DNA from: Candidatus Kerfeldbacteria bacterium
Lineage (GTDB): Bacteria > Patescibacteriota > Patescibacteriia > UBA10025 > JAHIVO01
DNA: 64,000 nucleotides
Assembly: GCA_016214565.1 (NCBI GenBank)
Contig: JACROE010000002.1
Location: 856,007-920,006, forward strand
Direction: 5' to 3'
The notes beneath the pieces are model-generated. The model saw only the letters and a list, made by a program, of their open reading frames with translations. It ran no database searches and was not told the origin of the DNA. Shown here in pieces: positions 51,001 through 61,354 of this stretch. A program made the translations under genes and the position numbers. Position 1 is the stretch's first letter, and each line of letters starts with the position of its first letter.

Positions 51001-51576
51001 CAATTCAATCGAAGGGTTATCCTGGACTTCAAGGAAGAAATTACCTTTACCTAAAATCCGCTCCAATTCACGAGCGTGTCGCTCGGCTTGTGCTATATCT
51101 CCCGCAATAATAGGCTGGGCGATCATGCCCTGTAGGCAGGCACTGAGTCCGATGATACCCTCGTGGTATTGTTCAAGCAAGGCGAGATCGATGCGAGGTT
51201 TGTAGTAATACCCTTCGAGGTGGGCGATGGTGGTTAGGCGAACTAAATTTTTATATCCCTGTAAATTTTTTGCCAGCAATACCAAATGATACGGACGTTC
51301 GTCGATCCGGGCTCGTTTTTGGGTGTGACCATTGCGTGCCACGTATGCCTCAACCCCGATGATGGGTTTGATGCCGGCTTTGGTGGCCGCTTGATAAAAT
51401 TCAATTGCGCCATGCATGACACCGTGGTCAGTCAGGGCGAGCGCCGGCATTTTGAATTCTTTGGCTTTGGCAATAAGTTCATCCACCTTGGATAAGCCAT
51501 CTAAGAGACTATAATGGCTATGGACATGGAGGTGAATGAAGTCCGACATACGTGGGTGATCCGACAATAAACTCAA
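48076..51576 (-). CDS. dnaE: DNA polymerase III alpha subunit
   Basis: 1166 aa with a PHP domain (HLHVHSHYSLLDG), polymerase core, HhH and OB domains. Confidence 0.95.
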   Translation of the reverse strand: MSLLSDHPRMSDFIHLHVHSHYSLLDGLSKVDELIAKAKEFKMPALALTDHGVMHGAIEFYQAATKAGIKPIIGVEAYVARNGHTQKRARIDERPYHLVLLAKNLQGYKNLVRLTTIAHLEGYYYKPRIDLALLEQYHEGIIGLSACLQGMIAQPIIAGDIAQAERHARELERILGKGNFFLEVQDNPSIELQKEVNEKIFDLSAQLDIPVVATNDVHYTNREDDQYQDILLCIQTKKKQGDPDRMTMMGEDFSFCSGDQMVAAFSDHPEVISNTKKIADLCNLKLPLGEVQLPYFSVPEGKTPNSYLRELCLEGIPKRYPNRINDAEVLDRLEYELNVIEKTGFASYFLIVQDFVNWAKQNGIVVGPGRGSAAGSIVAYLTNITNIDPLKYDLLFERFLNPERISMPDIDLDFADARRDEVIRYVEKKYGKDHVSQIITFGTMAARAAVRDAGRVLDIPYSYCDKIAKLIPMFSTIDQALEQVPEFKELYTQDPDAQKVISAARKLEGVARHASTHACGVVITKEALDNYVPVQYPPNQAEEAIITQYDLYAVEALGLLKMDFLGLKNLTILENTIDIIRKARGQEMSIDSLPLEDKVTFKILQRGETTGVFQLESAGMKRYLKQLKPTEFEDIIAMVALYRPGPMELIPDFIDGKHGRKQLTYLHPKLQPILEKTYGIAVYQEQVMQIARDLAGFTLAEADVLRKAVGKKIKALLDEQRDKMIQGMIKNEIPRSTAEHIWQFIEPFARYGFNRAHAACYALIAYQTAYFKAHYPDEFMASLLTSDYGDVDRIAIEVEECERMGIKVLPPDINESYSTFTAVFDPKTKKPEKKIRFGLLAIKNVGFNVVKTIIKERKDNGNYRNLEDFLTRVQTKDLNKKSLESLIKSGALGSFGEQNQLLHNLESLLLMARSAESEANNSQINLFGTLPTQHAPQLRLKPTPAATKQQRLAWEKELLGLYISEHPLAEYTDQIKAQATPINEALATRNKRITVAGVITSIQKKITRANQAMLFAKLEDMSGRIEVLVFPSVLQARPALWVEDARVLVSGKISDKDGVPKMLADEARTLELVEHSPVLGTSHIAATPDATGGIIYLTIPPTTSREAFEALKLTFGNFPGSYHIHLRMTVNNQPKKIVTSARVSKDAIAPISELIGAENIIVTEQQ

Positions 51577-51903
51577 TTACGAATTTTGGGAATTTGATTT
51601 TTTTGCGGCACGCTTGGCGCGCTTGTTTTTGACAAATTCGAGAATTTCGCTGATACCTTTGAAGACGAGGGGAAGATACGAAGCTGAGTTTTTTAGTTTT
51701 TCTTCGACGAGATTGAATAATTGTTCAATTCGATCTAATTTTTCTTTGATGCTGATGATAATATCGCTGATTTCGCGGACCATGGCGTAGCCGCGCTTGA
51801 GAAGCATTACCACATAAAAGAGACCCCAAACCAAAAATACTGAGATCAGCGCAACACTGATTGCGAGTACCCAATTCAATACATCCCGACTTGTTTCAAA
51901 CAT
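51577..51903 (-). CDS. DUF948-like single-TM protein
   Basis: 108 aa: an N-terminal TM plus a coiled-coil and a basic tail. Abuts the dnaE start. Confidence 0.4.
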   Translation of the reverse strand: MFETSRDVLNWVLAISVALISVFLVWGLFYVVMLLKRGYAMVREISDIIISIKEKLDRIEQLFNLVEEKLKNSASYLPLVFKGISEILEFVKNKRAKRAAKKSNSQNS

Positions 51904-52012
51904 AGGCTTTGTACAACTAATATGATAATTACCCCATTAGTATACCAATCAGCACCCTTTGGAGCAAGGGTTCCCCGGGAAGCATCAGCTGTGGTACACT
52001 ATAGGCACGTAT

Positions 52013-52831
52013 ATGTTTGATATTGATACAATTTGGTTGAAAATATCGTATTATTCGTTGTCCCATAAGGATGATTTGCGCAAGTGGTATGTCATCGTCA
52101 TGTTGGCCGTGGCGGTATTTTTTGTAGTGTTTTCCATTACTAATATCGTTTTGTACACTATTGGCATTCCTCGTCAGCAGCGGTTGATTAGCGAAATTGC
52201 CCAGTCGCCGGTTGATTTTGTTACGGTGCGCCAGCAGTCCACACCGCAGGCTCTCCAGCTGTCCTCAACGTATGCTATTGCCGGGTCTGGTGGGCGATAT
52301 GACGTAGTCGCACCGGTAACTAACCCGAATCAGGATTGGTTTGCCGAGGTGACGTATTCAGTGACCGTGGGAGGAATTGCCAGCGATCCATACACTGATG
52401 TGGTCAATCCGGACAGTCGGTCATATTTAGTTGCCTTGGGTGCGAGCGGCCCTACTGGCGGCGGTTCGTCTGCCCAATTTTCCCTGGTCGCCGTAAATTG
52501 GTATCGAGTCGACCATCGGGAGAAATTACCTACATTAGATTTCGCCATTACCGATGTGGCGTATTCGACACTGACGGATGCGACTGTGGTCAGTCACCAA
52601 GTCCAAGCGACCGTAACCAATAATTCGTATACCAATTTTTTTGAAGTGCCATTTATCGTTCTTCTATTTAATGGTGAGAACATCGTAGGTGTGAACTATG
52701 CCTACGTAAAGCAATTTATGTTCGATACCAGTGAGACGATAACGGTGAAATGGTCCACGGTAACAGGTTCGGTTACGGGAGTGCAGGTAGAGACGGATTT
52801 AAATTTACTTAATGCTGATAATATTATCTAA
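52013..52831 (+). CDS. Signal-anchored protein (hypothetical)
   Basis: TM anchor followed by a beta-rich extracytoplasmic domain. Upstream of the SEDS gene. Confidence 0.4.
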   Translation: MFDIDTIWLKISYYSLSHKDDLRKWYVIVMLAVAVFFVVFSITNIVLYTIGIPRQQRLISEIAQSPVDFVTVRQQSTPQALQLSSTYAIAGSGGRYDVVAPVTNPNQDWFAEVTYSVTVGGIASDPYTDVVNPDSRSYLVALGASGPTGGGSSAQFSLVAVNWYRVDHREKLPTLDFAITDVAYSTLTDATVVSHQVQATVTNNSYTNFFEVPFIVLLFNGENIVGVNYAYVKQFMFDTSETITVKWSTVTGSVTGVQVETDLNLLNADNII

Positions 52832-52860
52832 GGTCAGCACCGACGACGCGGGAAACTGCT

Positions 52861-53985
52861 ATGCTTCGTTCAATAATTTATGCATTAAAAAAAGCTGATT
52901 GGCCACTATACCTAGTGGTAATTTTTTTGGTTGCTCTCGGTATCGTAGGAATTTATAGCGTCGAAGTCACCGCCGATCAACCGACCTATACGTTGGTTAT
53001 TCGCCAATCAATTTTCGCCATTGCGGGTTGCCTCTTGATGATTGCTTTCAGTGTCATTGATTATCGTCGCTTGCGTGGGTGGACCTGGGTTCTGTACGGC
53101 GCTTCTATCATGTTGCTGCTGGGCGTATTGCTATTCGGCACTACGATTCGTGGTACCAAAGGTTGGTTTATGCTGTACGGCGATTTGGGCTTTCAACCTG
53201 TTGAGCTTATCAAAGTATTTGTTATTATTTTGCTTGGTAAATTGCTGTACGATTGGCGCGGGGAGATAGCATCGGCGCGTAAGTTGCTGTATCTGGTGGG
53301 CTTGATTGGCGTCTTGATTGGGCTGGTTCTCGCTCAGCCTGATTTTGGTTCATCCTTTATTATTGCGGCTACGGTATTAGGCTTGCTCGTCATTGTTAAA
53401 ATGCCACGACGGTATTTAGCATGGATTGGGGTGTTCCTTTTGATCATAATGGTAGTAGGGTGGCAGTTTGTGCTACGTGATTATCAGAAGGAGCGCATTC
53501 TTACGTTTATTGATCCCGATCGCGATCCGTACGGCAGCGGGTATAATATTAAGCAATCCATTATTGCAGTTGGTTCCGGCAATTTTTTAGGCAGGGGATT
53601 AGCGCTGGGACCGCAGAGCCGCTTGAATTTTTTGCCGGTTCAGGAAACAGATTTCATTTACGCAGTAATTGCCGAGCAATTGGGTTTTGTCGGTGCTAGT
53701 TTGATTCTGGGTCTTTGCGTAGCTCTGGTGTATCGATTGATTCGGATTGCTCGGCGTGCCCGGGATGATTTTGGACTTTTTATGATTATGGGCACGGTGA
53801 TATATTTTATGTTTCAAGCGCTGATGAACATTGGAATGAATATAGGTTTGCTTCCCATAGCCGGGGTTCCCTTGCCGTTAGTAAGCTATGGAGGTAGCTC
53901 GTTAGTTGTTAGTTTGCTATTGATCGGTTTGGCACAGAGCGTCCAGATACATAATACTGGCGCAACGAGTACGCGAGCGGATTGA
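52861..53985 (+). CDS. SEDS-family peptidoglycan glycosyltransferase (FtsW/RodA)
   Basis: 374 aa, 10 TM, conserved PDFGS..., GSGN, and a C-terminal GGSS motif. Confidence 0.85.
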   Translation: MLRSIIYALKKADWPLYLVVIFLVALGIVGIYSVEVTADQPTYTLVIRQSIFAIAGCLLMIAFSVIDYRRLRGWTWVLYGASIMLLLGVLLFGTTIRGTKGWFMLYGDLGFQPVELIKVFVIILLGKLLYDWRGEIASARKLLYLVGLIGVLIGLVLAQPDFGSSFIIAATVLGLLVIVKMPRRYLAWIGVFLLIIMVVGWQFVLRDYQKERILTFIDPDRDPYGSGYNIKQSIIAVGSGNFLGRGLALGPQSRLNFLPVQETDFIYAVIAEQLGFVGASLILGLCVALVYRLIRIARRARDDFGLFMIMGTVIYFMFQALMNIGMNIGLLPIAGVPLPLVSYGGSSLVVSLLLIGLAQSVQIHNTGATSTRAD

Positions 53986-54044
53986 CGATTTGCTATTTTT
54001 TTGATATACTATACATAGATTTTGTATAGATAATCAATTGGACA

Positions 54045-54440
54045 ATGAGCAGCGCCTCATTTTCACAGGAACATCATGATCCTCGTCAGCGAGCGGTGCA
54101 GCTGATGCCTACTTGTCAATTGTGTGCCGAACCATTTATCCCGAAACGTATCAGCGTACTGAATCAGTTGGGTCAAATTCAGTTACTCCATGCTCAGTGT
54201 ACGCGTTGCCGGACGGGGATGGTTCTCTTGCTACTCAATCACGAATATGGTATCGGTTCCGTTGGTCTGGTGACTGATCTGACTGAGCGCGATGTACTTC
54301 ATTTTTCTACAAATCAGCCAGTCAGCGTCGATGACGTACTTGAGATAGCGGAGCTCTTGCAATCCCCGAGCTTTCTTGATAGTATCTTTGCTACAGAGCC
54401 CCCGATACCGTTACCGAGGCCTTTTTCTAGAAATCCTTAG
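54045..54440 (+). CDS. Zinc-ribbon protein (hypothetical)
   Basis: CQLC...CTRC motif; 131 aa. Confidence 0.35.
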   Translation: MSSASFSQEHHDPRQRAVQLMPTCQLCAEPFIPKRISVLNQLGQIQLLHAQCTRCRTGMVLLLLNHEYGIGSVGLVTDLTERDVLHFSTNQPVSVDDVLEIAELLQSPSFLDSIFATEPPIPLPRPFSRNP

Positions 54441-54518
54441 GAATTCTTCATTAAAAAGGCGGTGATAGTACCTCCTGGTCTACCCAGGCATTTATCAATT
54501 TTCTGAAATCTTCATTGT

Positions 54519-55223
54519 ATGGAATCAATTTCGCTCAAATCTCAGCCTCGTACGATTATTGGTGCCCGTGTAAAAGCCTTGCGCCGCGATGGCACTGTCC
54601 CTGCGGTTGTGTATGGTTCAAAACGGAAATCAACAAATCTGAGTCTCACCGCTACGGATTTTGAAGTTGCGTATCGGAAGGCGGGAAAGAGCGGTTTAAT
54701 TGATTTGTCCGTTGGTGAAGGCGCTCCGCTGAAAGTGCTAGTCCACGAAATCCAGCATGATCCAGTGACTGGGAAGCCTTTGCATGTTGATTTTTATGAA
54801 GTGGATATGGCTCAGAAGACGACCGCTGATGTGGAATTACATTTCATTGGCACTTCAAAGGCTGTCAAAGAATTGGGCGGTGTATTGATGAAGGCGCTTA
54901 CGACAGTGACTATTGAATGTTTACCGCAGCATCTTGTCCAGCACATCGATATTGATATTTCAAATTTGAATAGTTTTGATGATGTTATTCGTGTGAGCGA
55001 CATACCGTTACCTACCGGTGTCACCGTGGTTGGTCAAACAGATACTATGGTCGCTCGTGTCCAAGAACCTCGCTCTGAAGAGGAATTGAAGGCGCTGGAA
55101 GAAACACCTGCTGGTGTGCCGGTTACTGAAGTGGAAAAGGTGGGCGAGAAAGAGAAAGCAGAGGCTGAAGCAGCGCCTGAAGAAGGCGCAGCGCCAGCTG
55201 CTGAAAAAGCACAAGATAAATAA
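54519..55223 (+). CDS. rplY: 50S ribosomal protein L25 / general stress protein Ctc
   Basis: N-terminal L25 domain plus a Ctc-type beta domain and an acidic Ala/Glu tail. Confidence 0.85.
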   Translation: MESISLKSQPRTIIGARVKALRRDGTVPAVVYGSKRKSTNLSLTATDFEVAYRKAGKSGLIDLSVGEGAPLKVLVHEIQHDPVTGKPLHVDFYEVDMAQKTTADVELHFIGTSKAVKELGGVLMKALTTVTIECLPQHLVQHIDIDISNLNSFDDVIRVSDIPLPTGVTVVGQTDTMVARVQEPRSEEELKALEETPAGVPVTEVEKVGEKEKAEAEAAPEEGAAPAAEKAQDK

Positions 55224-55261
55224 TTTGTGCGCTCAATTGGGCGCACTGACAAGGAGGGTAT

Positions 55262-56344
55262 ATGCCAACCGCACCATCCAAGGAAACGCAAAATAATCTT
55301 GTCTGGGGTAAGCGCAAAAATAAGAAGTGGCTGTATATTTCGATTGCCGCAGTTATTGTTGTAGCGGCTGGTTTGGGTATTTTCATTTTCAAATTTAATC
55401 CCGATACGGCGCTTAATAATGCAAACAATGCCAATGATGATGGATCAACCTTGGTACGCCGTGCTAGTGACGGTGTATACGTCGATCCGGCGGACGCTAA
55501 TCGATTTCCCTTGGCAGTGATTATTGAGAATCTGACAGTGGCTCGTCCGCAATCAGGCCTGGCTTATGCCCAAGTGGTGTATGAAGCATTAGCTGAGGGT
55601 GGTATTACCCGATTTTTGGCGATATTTACCGGTGATTCGCCGGCCAAGATAGGGCCGGTGCGGTCAGCGCGACCTTATTTTATCGATTGGGTGCTTGAAT
55701 ACGGTGCCTTATTCGTCCATGCCGGCGGCAGCCCTAAGGCAATTGCTGACATTCAGAGTGAGGATGTATTTGATCTCAACCAATTTTACAATGCTCAGTA
55801 CTTTTTCAGAGATTACTCGCGGAACGTTGCCTCTGAGCACACATTGTACACTGATGGGGAGAAGTTAGCTTTTGCGTTGCGTGACCTCGAGGCGGATGCT
55901 GAGGGAGATTATGATACCTGGAAATTCAAAGATGACAATGCGCCTGATGCTCAACCAACAGAAACAAAGACTATCAGTATCAATTTTTCATCGTTTAGCT
56001 ATTCGGTGGAGTATACCTATGATTGGGAGCAAAATGACTACGTCCGTTTTATGGCTGGTGAAGCGCATCTGGATGCAGACGGTTCGCCGATCCGACCTCG
56101 GAATGTCATTGTCATGAAAGTAAAAACTAGTTTAGCCGATGAACAGCGTCTCGACATGGATACCATCGGTGAAGGTGAGGCGATCGTGTTTCGCGATGGG
56201 TCAGCCGTCACCGGCACATGGAAAAAGGAAAAACGCGATGGGCGCACTTATTTCTATGACGCGACAGGAGCTGAAATTAAACTGAATGCAGGTTCGACTT
56301 GGATAGAAGTGGTTCCGACTGATCGGGAAGTAACGTATAATTAA
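55262..56344 (+). CDS. DUF3048-domain lipoprotein-like protein (YerB-like), paralog 1
   Basis: Signal anchor plus ENL..ARPQSGL..A.VVYE.L.EGGITRF...F, matching the DUF3048 N/C domains. SD AAGGAGGG. Confidence 0.6.
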   Translation: MPTAPSKETQNNLVWGKRKNKKWLYISIAAVIVVAAGLGIFIFKFNPDTALNNANNANDDGSTLVRRASDGVYVDPADANRFPLAVIIENLTVARPQSGLAYAQVVYEALAEGGITRFLAIFTGDSPAKIGPVRSARPYFIDWVLEYGALFVHAGGSPKAIADIQSEDVFDLNQFYNAQYFFRDYSRNVASEHTLYTDGEKLAFALRDLEADAEGDYDTWKFKDDNAPDAQPTETKTISINFSSFSYSVEYTYDWEQNDYVRFMAGEAHLDADGSPIRPRNVIVMKVKTSLADEQRLDMDTIGEGEAIVFRDGSAVTGTWKKEKRDGRTYFYDATGAEIKLNAGSTWIEVVPTDREVTYN

Positions 56345-56346
56345 TT

Positions 56347-57537
56347 TTGAGGAAGCTCATGCCAGAACAAAAACAAAAACTAAAAAAAAGCCAGCCAGAA
56401 GAAAAGTCAGTTCAAAAAAAAGAGCAATCGCCATGGCCAATGAAACAGAGGCCATGGATGGTGGCTGTAGGAATTTTTATTGGAGCGACGATTGGCGTCT
56501 GGTGGTTATTTGGCGTGCAAATAGCTGACGCCTGGCAGTATGTCCGAGAATGGTCAGGCATTGGCATCACGACGACGCTGGGCATCGGGGAAGCCGCTGA
56601 TACCAATGATGACGGTGACGCGGGATTAGTCCCTCGCTTGCTTGATGGCGTTTTAGTAGAATCTGCGCAATCAAACTTAGTGCCGTACTCGATTATGATT
56701 GAAAACCTGCTATCCGTTCGGCCGCAGAGCGGTCTGAGTGCAGCATCAGTCGTATATGAAACACTGGTTGAAGGCGGAGCCACCCGGTTTATGGCTGTTT
56801 TTGACCCCCGCACGTCTGTACCTACCATTATGCCCGTTCGATCGTCTCGTGCATACTTTCTCGAATGGGCACTAGAATATGATGTACTTTATGGGCATGC
56901 GGGCGGCAGTCCGCACGCGCTGCAGGTTATCCGCGAGCAAGGTGTTCGCGATTTTGATGCATTAACTAGTCGTGGTGCAAAGTATTATTGGCGTGATTCC
57001 AATCGACCCGCGCCACACAATTTAGTGACGTCATCGGAGAAGATGGTCAGCGCTCTTGATACGCTTGAGCTTGATTTGCAGCATGCTGAATTTTTGCCGT
57101 GGAAATTTAAAGATGGAGCGCTGCCGGCAGATCGGGGAGCCGATGGGAAAACTTTGACATTCAATTTTTCCTACGGCACTACCTATGAGGTTGATTTTAC
57201 CTACAACCAAGAGCGAAACCAATATCTGCGATTTAATGCAAACCAACCGCACGTGGACGCGAATACGAATGAACAAATAGCCGTAGACAATGTGATTGTT
57301 CAACTCGTGGAAGAGCCAGTTCTCAATGGCGGTAAAGGACGCATTGATATGTTTGTGGGTGGCACCGGAGATGCTTGGGTAGCGCGTGATGGGCAGATGA
57401 TCAAAGCTACGTGGCGCAAGGACGCCAATCGTGAGCGGACACGATTTTACGATGAGTCGGGGGCTGAAATAGAATTGAACCGTGGCACAACCTGGGTGCA
57501 TGTGGTGACGAAGACGCAGGGAGTGACATACGAGTAA
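56347..57537 (+). CDS. DUF3048-domain protein, paralog 2 (tandem duplicate)
   Basis: Shows the same motifs (ENLLSVRPQSGLSAASVVYETLVEGGATRF), with a lysine-rich N-terminal extension. Confidence 0.6.
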   Translation: MRKLMPEQKQKLKKSQPEEKSVQKKEQSPWPMKQRPWMVAVGIFIGATIGVWWLFGVQIADAWQYVREWSGIGITTTLGIGEAADTNDDGDAGLVPRLLDGVLVESAQSNLVPYSIMIENLLSVRPQSGLSAASVVYETLVEGGATRFMAVFDPRTSVPTIMPVRSSRAYFLEWALEYDVLYGHAGGSPHALQVIREQGVRDFDALTSRGAKYYWRDSNRPAPHNLVTSSEKMVSALDTLELDLQHAEFLPWKFKDGALPADRGADGKTLTFNFSYGTTYEVDFTYNQERNQYLRFNANQPHVDANTNEQIAVDNVIVQLVEEPVLNGGKGRIDMFVGGTGDAWVARDGQMIKATWRKDANRERTRFYDESGAEIELNRGTTWVHVVTKTQGVTYE

Positions 57538-57540
57538 AAC

Positions 57541-58395
57541 TTAAACAATACCAATAACTCGATCTCGTTTGCTGAGATCCTGGATTATTTGTATTGTTTT
57601 ACCTGGGAACTGTTGCTTGGCAGCATATTCGATAGCACCGGCTTGGGCTGGAGCGATTTCGAGGAGGATTGCGCCATGTGGTGCTAGATAATGCGTGGCA
57701 CGGGAGAGCAGACGATCAATCACCTCAATACCCATTTTGCCACCATACAGCGCTGTGCGAGGTTCATGCTTTACATTCGCTAACTCTTCTTTGTGCAGGT
57801 AGGGGAGGTTGGCCACGATGATGTCCAGCGGCTTTCGTTTGGTTACACGAGCGTATGGCGAAAAAAGATTGCCGTGAAGAAGCGTGATGCGCGACATCAG
57901 TTTATGCGTTGTAGCATTTTTCCGTGCAATGTTCAGGGCAGTCTCAGATATGTCAGAAGCAAATATTTCAGATTGAGGTAGGTATTTTGCAAGGCTAATG
58001 GCAATGCAGCCCGAGCCGGTGCCAATATCGGCAATGCGGAGTTTGGCAGCCCCTATTTTCTTCTCCAACTCACGAGCTTGATGAATAACGGATTCCACGA
58101 GCAACTCGGTTTCCGGTCGCGGGACAAGCACACTTTTTGTAACAACAAAATCAAGTCCATAAAATTCTTTATGGCCAATCAGATAGGCAACCGGCATTCC
58201 TTTTTTTCGTTGTTGAATCAGTGACCGAAATCGGGCGGCCTGAGCTGATGTTATCGTATGATTTGGGTTAGTCAGTAGCCAGGTTTTCGATTTATGCAAT
58301 ACGAACGCCAAAAGCACTTCAGCATCCAGATTGGCTGACGTTGAAACCGGCCGTAGGGTGGTGATTGCATTAAGCAGCGCGCGCTGGATTGTCAT
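57541..58395 (-). CDS. prmC: Release factor glutamine N5-methyltransferase
   Basis: SAM motif [10 protein letters not shown] and NPPY-type VANLPY. Overlaps the prfA stop. Confidence 0.85.
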   Translation of the reverse strand: MTIQRALLNAITTLRPVSTSANLDAEVLLAFVLHKSKTWLLTNPNHTITSAQAARFRSLIQQRKKGMPVAYLIGHKEFYGLDFVVTKSVLVPRPETELLVESVIHQARELEKKIGAAKLRIADIGTGSGCIAISLAKYLPQSEIFASDISETALNIARKNATTHKLMSRITLLHGNLFSPYARVTKRKPLDIIVANLPYLHKEELANVKHEPRTALYGGKMGIEVIDRLLSRATHYLAPHGAILLEIAPAQAGAIEYAAKQQFPGKTIQIIQDLSKRDRVIGIV

Positions 58396-59459
58396 GCGTT
58401 TGCTTGAGCCGCTGATTGTAAGGCCGTTACAATTGCTTCAAGATTTCCATCGAGAATCACCGGTATATTCGAAAAATTGCGTTTAATGCGGTGATCAGTA
58501 ATTCTGTCTTGGGGGAAATTATAGGTGCGAATTTTTTCTGAACGGTCGCCGGTACCGATTTGGGACTTGCGTGCGTCGGATTTTTCCTTGCGGGCTTTTT
58601 CCTGCTGCGCGGCAAGCAAACGTGACCGAAGCACTTGGAGCGCCTTTTCTTTGTTTTGTTTTTGCGAGCGTTCATCTTGGCAGATTACCGTTAAGCCAGT
58701 TGGTTTATGAACAATGCGAATGGCGGAGTAGGTAGTGTTAACTGACTGACCTCCGTGGCCAGATGATGTCGTTGCCTCGATGTCTAATTCTTCAGGCTTA
58801 AGTTCGATATCAACCTCATCGGCTTCGGGCATAACAACCACGGTGGCAGCTGATGTGTGCACCCGGCCATTTTTTTCTGTTTCCGGAACCCGCTGTACTC
58901 GATGTACGCCGCTTTCAAATTTTAGATTGCTGTACACGTTTGAACCGTTTATTTCAAAAATTACTTCTTTGATGCCACCGATGCCGGTTTTGTTCATGGA
59001 AATGAGATGGGCGTGCCAACCCTGGCGCTCCGCGTAGCGCTGGTACATGCGGAATAGTTCTGCGGCAAAAAGGCCAGCTTCATCGCCACCAGTTCCGGCG
59101 CGAATTTCGACGATGATGTCTTTTTTGTCCAATGGATCAGCGGGATGAAGGATGGCGTCGAGCGTATGGAGTATATCGGCTTCTTTTTGTTTAACGACTT
59201 CTAGCTCTTCGAGGGCAATTTGTTTAATCTCGTCGTCCGTTTCTTCGGCCAGTGTTTGCTCAAGCTCCCGATGGGTGGCTTGTACTTTCTTTAATTCCTT
59301 GGCATGACTGAGCGTTTCGCTGATGTCATTAAATTCCTTAGTTAATTTTTGAAGTTTTTGAGTATCAGCAAACGTATCGGGATTTTGTAAATCCCGTTCA
59401 AGTTCGTCGTAGCGCGCTTGCAGCTGTTCGATGTGTTTATCCATAGCGAATGGGTACAA
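58392..59459 (-). CDS. prfA: Peptide chain release factor 1
   Basis: GGQ motif ([11 protein letters not shown]) and the RF1-type PxT tripeptide (PET). Confidence 0.92.
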   Translation of the reverse strand: MYPFAMDKHIEQLQARYDELERDLQNPDTFADTQKLQKLTKEFNDISETLSHAKELKKVQATHRELEQTLAEETDDEIKQIALEELEVVKQKEADILHTLDAILHPADPLDKKDIIVEIRAGTGGDEAGLFAAELFRMYQRYAERQGWHAHLISMNKTGIGGIKEVIFEINGSNVYSNLKFESGVHRVQRVPETEKNGRVHTSAATVVVMPEADEVDIELKPEELDIEATTSSGHGGQSVNTTYSAIRIVHKPTGLTVICQDERSQKQNKEKALQVLRSRLLAAQQEKARKEKSDARKSQIGTGDRSEKIRTYNFPQDRITDHRIKRNFSNIPVILDGNLEAIVTALQSAAQANA

Positions 59460-59460
59460 T

Positions 59461-59490
59461 GCAAAAAACCCCGTGCCAACATGTGACGGG
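59461..59490 (-). terminator. Hairpin plus T-run between rpmE and prfA (partial terminator/attenuator)
   Basis: Minus strand: CCCCGTCACATGTTGGCACGGGG followed by TTTTTTG. Confidence 0.4.
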
Positions 59491-59505
59491 GAGGGGGTTA
59501 TTCAG

Positions 59506-59751
59506 CTACTTTTCCGCTTTAATTTTCTTTCGAGCTGCTGGTTTTGTGGTTTTTTTTGACACGAGACGCTGATAACGCTCGACGCGACCGCGGTCATCCA
59601 TCAATTTCTGCTTGCCGGTATAGAAAGGATGACATACCGAACAAATTTCCACGTGGATTTCTTTGACCGTGGAGCCAGTCGTGAAGGTGTTGCCACAGGC
59701 ACAGGTGACGGTGGCATCGGCAAAATATTCAGGATGGATATCTTTTTGCAT
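59506..59751 (-). CDS. rpmE: 50S ribosomal protein L31 (zinc-binding type)
   Basis: CxxC...CxxC and an HPFYTGKQ motif. Confidence 0.9.
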   Translation of the reverse strand: MQKDIHPEYFADATVTCACGNTFTTGSTVKEIHVEICSVCHPFYTGKQKLMDDRGRVERYQRLVSKKTTKPAARKKIKAEK

Positions 59752-59821
59752 ATAATGTGGCTCCTAGTGTAGCAAAGTGCTGTTTTTTTGGCAAGGGGGC
59801 AAGTTCTGGGAGGGGAGCGTC

Positions 59822-59849
59822 TTGCATTCTCACAGGATTGTGGTAGAAT
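59822..59849 (+). promoter_or_regulatory. sigma70 promoter TTGCAT-16-TAGAAT for rpsB-tsf, with a roughly 150-nt leader
   Basis: Hexamers at 59822-59827 and 59844-59849. Confidence 0.4.
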
Positions 59850-60002
59850 CAGAGGCACATTAAAAAGCCTTGTTTTATTAGGTTTTTTAATATTTACTAA
59901 TCACACATGTTTTCTGACGATTACGGCACCTTGCCCCGGAAAATAAAGGGGTTACGTCGTACTCGGTTGACGAAAACAGAGGAATAAATAAGGAACATCC
60001 AT

Positions 60003-60728
60003 ATGGAACAGCAAGCATTGCTCGATATGCTCAAGAGCGGGGTGCACTTCGGTCACCAGGCCAAGAATTGGCATCCCAAAATGAAACCCTTCATCTTTAC
60101 GACGCGGGGTGGCGTTCATATCATTGACCTGGAAAAAACCGCGGCTCAATTGTCGTTGGCCATGACATTTGTGTCAGACTTGGCAGCCCGAGGCGGCACC
60201 ATATTATTCGTGACGACCAAGCGCCAAGCCACCGCCATCGTAAAAAAGGCAGCGGAAGTTTCTGGCATGCCAGCAGTAACCGAACGCTGGATCGGCGGTA
60301 CATTAACAAATTTTGAAAACATTTTGAGTCTTGTACACCGATTGAAAGACCTTCGACGACAACGCGATACAGGGGAACTTGAAAAGTATACAAAACGCGA
60401 ACGCTTGAAGAAAGAGGAAGAAATAGCCAATCTGGAGAAATCAGTTGGTGGCATTGAGGGATTGGAAAAATTGCCTGACGCAGTATTTATCATTGATCTC
60501 AAAAAAGAACGTACGGCTGTTCGTGAAGCACGCAAGCGCAAAATCCCAATCGTTGCAATCGTCGATACTAATGCTAATCCGGATTTAGTTGACTATGCGA
60601 TCCCCGGCAATGATGACGCGAGCAAATCAATATCCATGCTGACTAATGCCGTGGCGCAAGCTGTCCAAGAAGGAGTTGCTCGTCGCGCCAAGGAGCAGGC
60701 TGCACCAGCTGCACCACAGACTAAATAG
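60003..60728 (+). CDS. rpsB: 30S ribosomal protein S2
   Basis: 241 aa; S2 signature (GVHFGHQ...). Confidence 0.93.
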   Translation: MEQQALLDMLKSGVHFGHQAKNWHPKMKPFIFTTRGGVHIIDLEKTAAQLSLAMTFVSDLAARGGTILFVTTKRQATAIVKKAAEVSGMPAVTERWIGGTLTNFENILSLVHRLKDLRRQRDTGELEKYTKRERLKKEEEIANLEKSVGGIEGLEKLPDAVFIIDLKKERTAVREARKRKIPIVAIVDTNANPDLVDYAIPGNDDASKSISMLTNAVAQAVQEGVARRAKEQAAPAAPQTK

Positions 60729-60747
60729 TTTCTTTCAAAAAAGACTT

Positions 60748-61335
60748 ATGCCAATTGATACAGCGACAATTCAAAAATTACGAGTGATGACCGGAGCCGG
60801 CATTATGGACGCTAAAAAAGCGCTCACTGAAGTGAATGGCGACATTGATGCCGCACTAGAATATCTGAAAAAACATGGGCAGAAAGTTGCTGCACAGAAG
60901 CAAGATCGCGTCGCTCGTGATGGAGTGATCGGCACATATCTTCACGCCAATAAAAAATTAGCTGCACTTGTATTATTAGCCTGCGAAACTGATTTTGTTG
61001 CAAAAACGGAAGATTTCCAAAACCTTGCTCATGACATTGCCATGCAAGTTGCGGCAATGGATCCACAATACGTTCGTCCGGAGGATATTCCTGCTGAGGT
61101 AATTGAAAAAGAAAAGGATATATTCCGCGCACAGCTCAAACAAGAAGGTAAACCGGAAAAAATGTGGGACGCAATTATTGAGGGTAAATTGAAAAAGTAT
61201 TACACGGAAGTGTGCTTACTCCATCAGGCTTTTGTGAAGGATGAAGATAAAACGATTAATGATTTAGTGACGGCGGTGATTGCGAAACTTGGTGAAAATA
61301 TCCAAGTCAAGAGATTTACTCGTATTTCCCTCTAA
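60748..61335 (+). CDS. tsf: Elongation factor Ts (short form)
   Basis: UBA-like N-terminus (LRVMTGAGIMDAKKAL) and a single dimerisation domain; 195 aa. Confidence 0.9.
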   Translation: MPIDTATIQKLRVMTGAGIMDAKKALTEVNGDIDAALEYLKKHGQKVAAQKQDRVARDGVIGTYLHANKKLAALVLLACETDFVAKTEDFQNLAHDIAMQVAAMDPQYVRPEDIPAEVIEKEKDIFRAQLKQEGKPEKMWDAIIEGKLKKYYTEVCLLHQAFVKDEDKTINDLVTAVIAKLGENIQVKRFTRISL

Positions 61336-61354
61336 ATTAATTACTTCCGAGCCT

